Shown here one piece after another: positions 39,005 through 52,540 of a stretch of 64,000 nucleotides of DNA. Made by a program: the position numbers and the translations under genes. This DNA comes from Chrysomallon squamiferum (taxonomy: Eukaryota; Animalia; Mollusca), in NCBI GenBank assembly GCA_012295275.1, contig CM022669.1, forward strand, positions 17,174,001-17,238,000. The letters run 5' to 3'. Position 1 is the first letter of the stretch. Each line of letters begins with the position of its first letter. Under the pieces are notes generated by a model. That model saw only the letters and a program-made list of their open reading frames with translations. It was not told the origin of the DNA and did no database searches.

Positions 39005-40842
39005 AACTCACATAGGTATTAATTTCAAATTAATTTCTAAACAATGAACAAGAAGAAAAAAAAGCGTTGTTTCATTTAAAATTCTAATCGTTTACTTATG
39101 AAGTACCGCACTGACCGTGTCAATGTTTGACATTTAAAAAGGAACAGTTTAATGTGTGGCCTCCTGAATCCCGCAAACCTCCCTGTTCAGTGTGTAACTA
39201 TTGATTAACTCACAAATTACTCAGTTTTCGAAAAGTTTCACGGATATTGGTTTGCGACGGAAACAACTGTAACCGGAAGCAAAGCGTTATGGACTTCTTT
39301 TTTTTTTTATTATTATTATTATTACTTTTTATTTTATTTTATTTTATTTTATTTTTTTTTGATAAAATCTCATGCTGACCACAGATCAGTCATGTTATAA
39401 ATTTCTTCTTGACTGTAACGAATATAACTTTGTAATTAGTAATAAAACGCTGTATTTTGCATTGCACCGATGCTGAATATATAATCCCAGCATTTTCTGT
39501 AAGAAATCGAAATTCTTCTTAGATTTACGGGGCAACCGTTATTGTATGAATTAATGCATTGTCTGTTACACTATTTTTTGTGTTTTGTTTGTGTTTATGG
39601 TAATTATGGTAATACGAATGGTGGTTATGATAATTCTTGTTGTTGTTGTTTTTTTCTTTAATATTTTTTCTTCTTTATTTGTATTTTTTTTTTGTATGTT
39701 CATATTCGTCTACAGCTTTTGTTAAAAATTACTGTCATTGTCTTCATTATTATTTATATTTAGCTTGGAATTAATTCATTTTTTAATAATTTTAAAGTAT
39801 TGCATAGACTAATTAATTTTTAATAAAATCAGTCCAAACAGGAAAAAGTGTTCTAAGCTTACAAAGTACATTTTACAAAATGCAATGTCATGCAAAATAA
39901 TACCATATAGTAATATGCCATAATCGTATCATTTATTGTATGTCATACCATACGATATCATATTTTAAAATAGTACTATTACTCATTCGAGATGTATTAC
40001 TATTCATACCTTATCGCGTCATATGACGTCATGTCATACGATGCGTATCATACGATAATACTATTGTATTTGCAATACCCGGCAAGCAATAAAATAATTC
40101 CATTAAAGATATTATCACGATATAATGTGCCAGCATTTAAAATCAAATGAAATCAAACCAAATCTCATTAATCCAAAACAAACGAAATCGACAATCAAAC
40201 AAATACTAGAAAAGATCCACTGCCGGCTATTATTAACTACAGACATAAATACACATGTAGAATACAGCGTATTGATTCAGAATGCAGTTATAGAAACTTA
40301 TTGATTATATAAACAGTATGCAGACTTCAACTGTAGGGGAAAATAAAACAGAAACATATTAAATAAAACTGCAGGCTTATTTTGATAAAATGGATAAATT
40401 TGTATGGCTTTTTTTTTTTTTTAAACTTTGGTCATAACTGTTCATACACAAATGCACACATACTAGTAGTTGCAGTTATCGCAGGAGATTTAAAATATTG
40501 ATGTCAGTAATTTATAGGGTACCGCGGGCATTTTTATAATTATGATAATATTTCTTTTTTTCCCCTTTTTTTAAGAATCAAAGTACGAAATACAAAAAGG
40601 AAGCATTCAGTTATTTTTTTTATTTTTATTAATAGTGTAATTGTTTTAGTTACTGATCGATTGATTTAATTTAAGAAAAAATTTAACAGTGTATCTCGAT
40701 ATCACTGAAAGAAGAAGAAGAAGAAGAAAAGGAAAGAAAAAAAAGAACGATAAATAGAAAAAAAAAAAAAATGATGCGCCGATTCATGTAATAGGGTAAA
40801 GTGAAAAATGCAGAAAACAGCTTAAGGCTATGTGAAAAAAAG

Positions 40843-40883
<41 letters not shown>

Positions 40884-43168
40884 ACAAAAAAATAAAAAAA
40901 ATAATGAAAATAAGAACTAAAGCTGATGAAATAAAAAAGAAAAAAATATATTTCTTACTCGATTTCATTTACATTTTATTTTATTATAATGTTTTAATTA
41001 TTATTGATATTGATTGTTAGGATATTTGTATTTTATTACGTGTTTTATTTACTTAATTAAAATTAATATATTTCCAGTTATGTAACAATTTGCGTCATGT
41101 CTTGATTTTTTTCATAAAAAAAACACAGTAGATTTACAACCTTGTCACGGCTCAGCTGTTTATCATCCCAGTATTTATTTTTCTTCTTCTTCTTCTTTTT
41201 TTTCCCTTCTCTAGATAATAAAATTTATATTCATCAACAGGATCGCATATGATCACCTTTCTTTCCAAACTTCACTATTACTAGTATTAGTTTCCGCGTT
41301 TTAACGGCTATCCTCACGTACACTCACAGACCCACCATTTTTATGGTACATTTTTTTTATATACGAAGTTTCCTACCATGATCAGACTAATAACCATATT
41401 GGAATCTACACATCTAAATGGCCTTCTACGAGTCTGGATGGAAGAGATAAGACCAAAATTAGCACACGTAGTTTGATAACTCCTGTAATTCCTAATATTT
41501 CTTTATAACGACCGTCTCGATCAGACATTAATATCGAAATGGATCCTGCAGGCAGAGGAAGACACAGAAGCGATCTGATAACGACAGAAGGTGGATTTGT
41601 ACACGATCGTAGCCAGCGATTACCTTCTCCCGAAGATAAACAAGCCAGGAAATCGGATGAGTTCGTCCAATTATTCCAATGCCTTCCGTAATGAGACGGC
41701 TTCGAGCGAATCTTTTCCGTTGATACAATCACGCGGTCCCTTGTGGCTGCTGGCGAGAAGATACGAGAAAGTGCGAGAAGTAAGTCGTAATTGGAGGGAG
41801 CCAAGGTTGCGACACCTCGTGATCGGTTAATGAGTTCGGGTGTGGTTTGACAGGGGTTTTGGAAGAAGGTAAAAGAGGCCTGAGAGAAATTTTGCAGCCT
41901 TCAACCCATTTGCACACATTCATGTCAAAAAAAAATATCGATCCGAGTTATCTCTTCTTTTAATGTCCCGTCGTTGCTCGTTTTGGGGAAAACGTCGTTA
42001 AAAGTGAAATATTTTGACACGTTCATAGGTCATCATTTCTGTCTGCCTAGAATAGAAAAATGTTTGAGAAATGGGCAAGAGCACACTGGCAATCGATATA
42101 ATGCTGTTCTAGTTCTGCGAGTTTCCCGAGCGTTCTCTCTGGCTAATGACAGAGTTTATCCTGACTGTAGACATTTACCAGATCTTTTCAAAAGTAGCAA
42201 AGATCCGAGTGCAACGGTAGTTCAAACATGTCTTCGCAATTATTATAATTTTCTGTTATTAGTCGATATTTTTGTTTTCCACGATATACTTCTCTCTGTG
42301 TGAAATAAGATGAACATGTTCAAGAAGATACATCTAAGCAAGAAAGCTAGATATTTAAATAAACGGCTTCTACAAAATATCGTGTGGATGATAGATGAAA
42401 GGATATATTGAGAATAAAAGAGACGAATTTTTACTTTACGCACATATTTAGAGATAATTTTAAATTGCAAAAAATTAATACAAAATGTCGTATTACAGTT
42501 ATAACAAATTCGATAAATCATTAAATATAAAATGTCGCAAAGTTCAAATTCTAAATGTCATTTTGATTACCCTATAGTGGTTAACAGAGTTGTTGTGACC
42601 TTCGTTATTGATGTATGATATTTGTGCCTTTTTAGCTGTCATCTTTGATCAATTAAATAAAGTGCTGAGTCTTATTACAGCAGACAAGATCAATCAATAT
42701 GTATTGGTGTTATTTTCCGTTCCACACGGGGCCTCATCGGTGTGTCAGTAGGCATTGATTGTGTTTTCCTAACTACGGCAAGGTTCTTATAGTACGTATA
42801 TACCACTGCTTTAATAGAGAAATCAAAACTATTGAATAACTAATTATAGATAGGTCTGTTTAATATTATTAATAAGCCTATTTTGGAAAAGAAAGGAAAC
42901 AGATTTGTGTGTGTATGTGTATATGTGTGTTAGTATATGTGTTTCTCTGTGTGTGTTTGTGTGTTCCCTTAATAACTGATAATAAGAATGGAAAAAAAAA
43001 AAAAAAATAAACGAAATTCAATCATAATTATTAGGAAACAGGAAAAAATCGGTTAAAATTTAATCAAACAACCAAACAAATAAATAGATGAAGAAATAAT
43101 TAAATAAATAAATCATCAAATAAAATAAAATAAATGAACAAAACATCAAACAAACAAACCCCAGATAA

Positions 43169-43208
<40 letters not shown>

Positions 43209-43714
43209 AAACAGAGGAGAAATAAAACTCGTAACATCTGCGTTTCTTTACTGTTGCTGACTTCAGAAATTTTCCGAGCTGACATCAGAAATCCCTCAGT
43301 GGGTGATTAGTGATAATTAAAATAAAACTGTCAGAGGTCTCTGAAATTCCTTTTATTAATGGCACGACACACTTACAAAGTAGACAGAATTTAGAAACGT
43401 GAGCGTGATTTTTTTCAGATTTGACTTATTTACGTTGAATTATTTCTGCTGGGTTGGTGACGCTGGCCCAAATTCACAGTTCACGAGAAAAGACCGTCTA
43501 GACCAGGGCTAATTAATGCGTGAGATCTGTGAGGCGTTTGATGAAGAGAACGAAGTGTTTGCACAGACATATCGACAGACAGACGTGATAATGACAGATA
43601 TACGGAAATAGTACATATGCAAATAGACAACGGATGGATGGATGGATAGATGGATGGAATATATACATATAGACATATTTAGATTAACAATATGAATATA
43701 TACAGATATAAAGA

Positions 43715-43725
43715 GATAGATAGAT

Positions 43726-43811
<86 letters not shown>
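43715..43811. repeat. (GATA)n tetranucleotide microsatellite
   Basis: Directly visible tandem run. Confidence 0.95.
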
Positions 43812-45956
43812 TAAACAGACAGAAATGTGGAAACAGGACAAAAGATCGAGAGAAGAGCCTAAGCGAAAAGGTGGTATCCAGTAATTAATCATGAACGTAA
43901 TTTTAAAGATGCAGCTCTTGCAAACTTAGGTAAAGAGAAAAACCACGGACCTGTGATGGATGGACGGAAGCTGTATTGTCCAGACAACAGAACTGAAGAA
44001 GGACGTCCGTAATTATATCAATTTCGCCATCTGTCAAAATTTGTACGAGACGAGAAGAAATTACTGTTGTCAGTTTTGAACCGCGCAACATGATTCTAAA
44101 GCCACATGAGACTCAACGGCCCAAACGCGTGATTTGTAATCGTTTAAATAAAACTGACAACAATTGCAGCATAGTCTGCTTATTAATGGGCATGGTGCGT
44201 GTTCTGCAGATCAGATATCACGTACGTGACAGATAAATCACGGCAATACTGTTATATTTAAATACGGTGAGACAGAGGCTGACATTACGTTGTGGTAGCG
44301 CATTCTGCTGGTGAGATATTTATGCTGATGTCGTTATTGTTAAAACAAGTGACTGACAGATTTGTTTAGCCAGAACTACACGTAATCTGCATAATGATTA
44401 TATATTTAAATTGACGGTGATGTAGTGAATGAAATAAACTACAATCAAATCACTATAAAGTCTGAAACTGTTAACTGTAGTCACAGTTAGGAAATAAAAT
44501 AAAAATTGTCCAGAACAAATGATTTTAAAAAACTTGTACAATTCAGTTCAAGATTCCCATTGTTTTGTTTTTTTTGTTGTTTTGTTGTTTTGTTTTTAGT
44601 GTTTGATGAAGGAATTGGTTGTGAAGTGATATTTATATAACGACAATTCAACACCGTTTGTTAGTTTCATTAATCGTTATTATATGTCAAACATAAATGA
44701 TTATCTCAAAAGAAATAAGCTGTCAGTGTTCATTGTTCTAGTCGACCTTTAAAATGAATAATTCTTTCCCGAGATAGGAAAACCATAACCATTGATAAAC
44801 CAGTCTTTAGGAACAAAGTATGATTTCTAAGACTTACATCTAATATCACAGTCTGAAAATCTTAGCTAGAGTTTGTACCTTTGAAAATTTAGGTTGCATG
44901 GTCTAATGATCGTTAATGGTTTAATTATTGCAAGGGAAATAAATTAAGATTCCGTGTGTTTATTTAGCAGCTTTTTCTATTAATAATGACAGTGCTGTTC
45001 CCAGACACGTTAATTATGTTTTCTGTTAACTTGACAATACTGTTCCAAGATACTATCACTTTTTATTAAACTGAAATAGATGTAATTAAACAAGCAGTGT
45101 TAATAATATGTTCACATATAGTGTAGACAACCTTTGTATAAACATTTTCTATAAATACAATTAAACATTATTATTAGATAATTTAATTAGTTCAGTCTCT
45201 AAGCACAGTAAAAGATGCAACAGACATCTTCTAAAAATAAAATAAATAACTTATATTCATGATAAACTTTCCCCAGACGCTCAGCAAACCAATTTCTTTA
45301 CCATCACAGTTGCTGTAAGACACGTTTTCAAAACGGACAGTATTGGTTTTCGTGACGGAAAACTTCAACTGTAACCGTACCCTACACACAAACAGTCAAC
45401 TGAACTCCCTCGTCCCTGGTCGCTGTTTGGCACCGATTAATATTTATTAAGTTCACAGTCTGATAGGAATAGCGACAGTACGAGGCATCAGATACCAAGA
45501 AATCAATCATACGCTGACCTGGCTAAGGATTCGGACACCGTGAAACGAGTGGTCAAGATTATCTACGCCATCAGATTACATTACTTCGTTCCCGGGGGTT
45601 GGACGTCGGTCACTTGATTGTACCGGCGTGGTCGACACTGTTTTTACAATCAACTGAGGGGATCGTAACAGACTGCGCTGCTCGAAAACCGAGGAATGGA
45701 AATGTTTAATTAAGCTCAAGTAATTAATCGCGAAGAAAACAAACACGCGACACGGGCGCGTCAGTCAATAGAGGCGATCGATTCTGATTCTAATCACTTA
45801 GATCTGAGAAACGGTGGTCGTGATGTCTCGTTTCCATCTCACGCACGCACATGAACACACGCACACACACACACAAACCATGTGCAGTGTTTAATATATC
45901 TGCTACTACTGTTACTAAAACTACCAGCACTAGTACTGTTATTACTACTACAGCTA

Positions 45957-45988
<32 letters not shown>

Positions 45989-46454
45989 TGATGATGATGA
46001 TGATGATGATGATAATAATAATAATAAATCATATCAAATACCACTTTTTATATACCAGTATCAAATTTATTTTCAAAAGAAGAATGAAAAAAGTAAACAA
46101 ATCTTAGATTTATTAAGTAAAATATATTTCCAAATGTTAATTAATATTCAGGGGTTTTTTTTGTTATTAAGTTCATTAATAATCTTAACGTCCGCTTCAA
46201 TTCCTGTGCGATCATCTGTTAAAAGTATTGCTAATATAAGAGAGTTTCTATGCTCTCCTACTAATTATTCGCAACTGTACTCTCAGTGATAATTAAATAT
46301 TTATTTTCATTATTATTACAGGTCAAAATACTTTTTATGCTCGCTTTCATGTTCTATTGACAGTGTAGGTCGTTCACCGAACTTGTTTACGATAATTAAT
46401 AAAATTTAATAATATTACATTTATAAAATATTTTTACATTTCTCGTTAGTGTGT

Positions 46455-46524
<70 letters not shown>

Positions 46525-47077
46525 ACCCACATATATATAAAACCTCTCTCTCTCTCCTGTATATCTTCTTTCGCTCTATTTCCGAATATATAATATATAA
46601 TATTCTGATATATAATATATAATATTCTGAAAATGTCCATACGTCTGTTTGCGTGTACATGTGTACATTTGTTCGTGTGGATAGAAGCATACTCATATAA
46701 AACAGTTTTCTTAAATTCTGGCATTGTCTTTTATTTATTAATATAATGACCGCGTTTAATTTCACTGAATAATTAAAGCCTGTCTTCCATTATTAAACCA
46801 ACGAACTCGAGTGCCTCTCTCCCTGGCTATCGTAACAGTTGGGAAGTCCAATATTGGTCAAGTCTTCGATTCATTTCGATGACAAGGACAGTGCCGGGAA
46901 GCAGTCTGTGGGGAAATTGTGATTTGATGAGAGGGCGCTGATTAATTTGACTAGTCACGTGACGGTGTGGCATCCTGTCTAGGCTCTCTGCATCAGGCAT
47001 TTTCACCGTGCTTGGGGTTAAATTAGACATCAGAGCCGTGTGTCTCTAATTTGTGGTTTTATTAAAACGTGTGTGTT

Positions 47078-47139
<62 letters not shown>

Positions 47140-47882
47140 AGACATGTATTATCATTATTATTATTATTATTATTATTTGATAGACTAATAATTCTGATAA
47201 CAGTATGAAACAAAACGCTAGTCAAGATTTACGTCCCTTGCGTTACTGTTCTGAAAGCGTGTTAATTCTATTCATACAGTGTTAAAATTTTATATTTAAT
47301 TATTATAATGACCGTATAAGGGTATAAAAACATCTGTGTAGGCGTGTCAGAAATAATCGTGACACCACCTGTTCCATACCAATACCGCCCTTTTGTTAAT
47401 AATTTTATTTGAGATGAAACGTAAACATACGTGCAAGCCTAACAACAACCTGTTTACTGCGCAAGCACATTCAGCGGTTAAATAACAGTACCATACCACT
47501 TAATCTAAAATAACATATTGGCATAATTAAATAATAATACATAAAAGAAATAATTATAATAAAAAGTTTAAAAAATTTAACATTTTTGATTTTAAAAATA
47601 TAAGTGGTCACAGCTATTTTCTTTTCCATTCTGTTTTAAAGCCTTATAGTTAACATGCAGACACAGCACAACACAAATCAGAACCGTAAGACTTTTCAGA
47701 AATCCAGTGATGTAAAAAGTTTATTATTATTTGTTTGTGCTATTAAACGTTTTTGTTTATTTTATTTATAGATCATATTGATACGGTTGTTTTGGTTTAT
47801 TTGTTTTTGTTGTTGTTGTATTTCGTTTTATTCATTTATTTTTATTTTTTTGTTCTTCTAATTATTATTATTATTGTTGTTG

Positions 47883-47949
<67 letters not shown>

Positions 47950-48762
47950 TTGCTTTTGGGTTGTTTTTTTATTACTTTTTTATTTATTTATTTTATTTAT
48001 TTATTTTATTTTAAATTATTTTTTATTTTTAGCTGATCCATGGAATATTTGTGCGTAAGATATATATCTTTTTTTAATAATGTAAATAAAACTAATAATA
48101 AACGAATCTGACTGTTCCTTTAAAAAAAAATTGACACTGAATGTGCCTATTCCTTTGTGCACAAAGCATTCAGTTAATTGTACCGTTGTCTTGTTCAGCA
48201 TACTCTTGATAAGTAGAGTACAAGAGAAACGTTATACATAACGATTTTTTACTGTCACTTGAGAATACGTGTATTTAATTATTTAACATAGCAATAAAAT
48301 TGCAGTAAAAATACATAAGTGAATTAAAAACTGCGAAGAAGAAATATCAGAAGACGAAGAACAAGAAAAACGCGAAAAAAAGAAAAGGAAAAGAAGAGAA
48401 GACGGCATGTACTTCTGGTAATGTTAAAGCTTCTGCTATATTGTAATTATAATTTTCAAAGACGAGAAAGAAATTAATAACAATTTTTAGAATCTATTAA
48501 AAGAATTAATAATAACGGAAATATCAAAAAATAATAATAATAGTAAAATAATAAAAACATTCTGGTAAAGTAAATAGGAAAAAAAAGGAAAAAAAAGAAA
48601 AAAATTTAAACAAAAATGATGGTAATGATAAATTTATTATATTCTAAATGTGTAATTTTGTTTTTCCTTTTATTTTATTTTATTTTTTTTTTTTTTTTTT
48701 TTTTTTTTTATTTATGTGTCTATTTATTATTCTTTTTTGTAGACTTATTGAAACGAAGTAGT

Positions 48763-49686
48763 ATGAACAGAAAAATAATCAAATATGATGGCTGTATGTT
48801 CCTTTAACTGTTTGATTTTGTGTCAAATACTCTTCATCTTTTCACAAACACTGTATCTGTTACAAAACAAATTACATCGCTTGAATTTGCCCAGTTCGAC
48901 ATATTATCCGAGACAGTTTAAGGTTCCCAGGTTCAGAACTGACCGATACGTAATTCGTCATTGTATTTTCGACCACTCGAATTTCTAGTTTTAGAAACTA
49001 CAATAAAAGAAGGAATCTATGAAAATTCCCGGTGTAAATTTGTTGTATCATTTCATAAAGCACGACCAAAGTTTAAACTTGCTGGATGTAGGTAGGTACG
49101 AAGCTGGGTTTATATGGACTAACATTCGCCAAAATGGGACGACAAGTAATTATTATCGATCCTCTGCTAAGCAACGTAAAACGATTATGCGAACTGTCGA
49201 AAGGTATAAAATTTTCGAAAATAGTTTACGTTATTCGTAACGCTGCTTCTGACGAAAGATTCCAAGCTGTTGTCAGCAAGTATGATAATAACGTCAGCGG
49301 CAAGTACTTAAAGGAAGTGACGTCATCTGGTATAGAAGTAATACAGACGATACTTTTGGATGATTTGTCAGACATTTTCGTTGTTAATAAGATTATTAAA
49401 ATTGTTATGAAAATGGACGTAGATGGTCAAGAGATTAAAGTGGTTTTGGTTGAATATTTCTTTTTTAAAACTCTCGGTGTTAGAATAGTTCTTACGAAGT
49501 GACAAAATTCTGTACAAGATGGAGAGGATATTATAAAAATGTTCAAGCGGTACAAAATGAAAGCTTATAAGATGTCTATGATAAAAGAGCAGCTTAATGT
49601 GAACTCTTACAAAAAATCGTCCCTTATATGTGCTTGGGATGAGGATTTCAGACAATTTTGCTTGAAAGTTTCCAGATCATTTTGAC
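48763..49686 (+). pseudogene. Disrupted FkbM (Methyltransf_21)-like SAM-dependent methyltransferase
   Basis: Removing a GTAG duplication (49088-49095) restores 'LNLLDVGTKLGLYGLTFAKMGRQVIIIDP' (SAM motif I). Also 'NAASD', 'TILLDDL' and 'VMKMDVDG'. In-frame TGA at 49500-49502 where W is expected, plus further shifts near 48.8 and 49.02 kb. Ends approximate. Confidence 0.8.
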
Positions 49687-50259
49687 ATATTTTATTGTGA
49701 CAAATCTGTCTGTTAGAAATGCTGTCTTTTAATAACAGATTCTGGTATTTCCGTTTTCGGTCTCTTTTGAAGAAGCAGTTCTTACTGAGCGTATTTGATG
49801 GTACGTAATGAGGTTCTAAACATATTTTGCACATCAGTGCCACTTTACGGTAATTATACGTTTGATATATTTTGAATTTATAGATTTCTTTGTTATTACT
49901 ATAGATCTTTGTGAATGATAAAGTAAGATAAAAAAGATAAAAAATCCAAGTTGTACAGAATGATGATATGTATTATCTGTACATAATAAGATCTTGTGTC
50001 ATTGATTTTTACGTAGAAATAAGTAAATTATGTCAATGCTATTCTAACAGAATAATTATGTCTGGACAATTTTCAACATTTCCAGGGAATGATGTAACGA
50101 AACTAGGATAATGTCAGATTTCATGCATCTCAAAAATAAATTATTAGGAAAGACTAGAAATCAAAACAAAAAAAAACCCAAAACAAAAACAAGAAAAAGA
50201 AAAAAAAGAACACACAAAAAAAAACTAAAAAAGGGAAAGGAAGTAAAGAAATAACTCGA

Positions 50260-50291
<32 letters not shown>

Positions 50292-51018
50292 AACCCATCT
50301 TTTTTTAAGTTACCAAAATTAAAATCTCTAAATTACCACAGCTTAAAATATAAAACAGAGATGTACCGAAAATATTCTTTAATTTTATTCTTCAGTATTC
50401 TCAAACCGTTATCAGTATAAAATGTGTGGTTTAGAACAATGACACTATGAAAATTCATGAGGATTCTTTAATAAATTATTAAATCGGGCCTAAAGTGAAG
50501 TGGACTTCAAGTGATTTATTTCACTGCATTGTTTTATTAATGAAATAGCGGCACTCACTGTTAGCCGGACACGAATAGCAAATCGAATAAAGATACTCTG
50601 AAAAATTAGTGTTCGGCTCTTAACTGCATGCCGAACATCGTCGACATTGGCGTGACCACCCCATGACCTCAAATCACGTGATTAACCAAGTCGTTACTTC
50701 GGCTTCGGTTAATTGCTTTGAGGCAATAAAGAACTGACTAATTGCACAATCGTCGAGTCTTCATTGTAGGAAAAACACATTTATGAAATTGGCCAGTTGT
50801 TTGGGAGACAGGGGACGTAACTGCGTTATAGCCTTGATTGTCAGGTGGAATTAAGGGTTTTGGAATTAACGGTTAAGGGAATAAAGACGAAACTTTGTCT
50901 GTCTGTGACTTTTTTTTTTTTTTTCTTTTTTTTCTTTCTCTCTATTTCTATGTCATCCGTTTTTATATATTTATACACCTTTTCTCTAGTTCTCTTTCCG
51001 AATATATATATTTGAGTT

Positions 51019-51103
<85 letters not shown>

Positions 51104-51545
51104 AATTTGGTAGCAAATTCTAAATTCCAGCGATCAAAAACCATGATGATTAAAAAAAAAATTTAAAAAAAAAGGAAATAAAGTTAGAAAAAAAACGAGA
51201 TAATAGGGAAAGCAATCGAAATTCGGCTTGATAGAGAAAGAGGAAAAAAAAAGATTTAATTTTCTTTCAGCATTTTTTCCCGTCCTAACGAGAAAACAGC
51301 TCATTTAACTGAAGCTTTAATCTTGAAATGTGCAATCACAAACAATCTCTACATAATCGACTCCAGCAAAAATGGAGAATGACGTTCGATCAATTTCGAG
51401 TCTTGACGTAAACAGCCGAGATTTAATTATCATCATTTTTGTTTTTCAGCTTTATTTTTCAGGTTTTCTTCTTTATTTTTTTTACTCTTTTTTTCTTCTT
51501 CTTCTTTTTTTTTTAAAATTTATTTTTCAAGTTTTTTTTTTTAAT

Positions 51546-51580
<35 letters not shown>

Positions 51581-51658
51581 TTTTATTTCATTTTTATTTT
51601 CTTTTTTTAATCTTTTCTCGTTTTGTTAGCCTTTTTATTAATATTATTATTATTGTTA

Positions 51659-51751
<93 letters not shown>

Positions 51752-52400
51752 TATTTATTTTATTTATTTATTTTATTTATTTTATTTATTTTATTTATTT
51801 TATTTTATTTTAATCTCTTCTCGTTATATACTGGCCACTTCTAACTGCTGCCGATAATTTGAAATGGAAAATGTTGATAAAACCATTTTCAGAAAACGCA
51901 GTATCTTTAATGTTTCAGACTACAAAATATTTATAAAAAAATTTTGAGATCTAAATAAAATAGATTAACACATATTTTTTTATTTTTTTTTATTTATCGA
52001 ATATTTTAACATAATATTCTGTTGTCAATCTTAGCAGAAAAAAAAAAAAAAATTAACGAGCTTCAGTATGATAGAAAAAAAATGCATTCTGTTTAGGCGA
52101 TTTTCGATTACATCCAAAATATACCCTATCATCATTTATTTATTTATTTATTTATTTATATTCGTTTTAAATTTTACAAATTTGATACATTAAAACTAAT
52201 TAGTAAGAATGTAATGGTTACTCATCGCAAATTCACCGTGGCTACAATACAAATAAGCGACTGTAATAAAGCGACTACAAAGTTAAAGGAAAATAAATTT
52301 CTAAATTGTAATTAAAAGTTCTGACTTTAATAACCCAGAGAGTCCGCTTATACAGACACACAAAGTGACAGACACTCACACGTACACAAATACACACAAA

Positions 52401-52432
<32 letters not shown>

Positions 52433-52442
52433 AATAATAATG

Positions 52443-52540
<98 letters not shown>

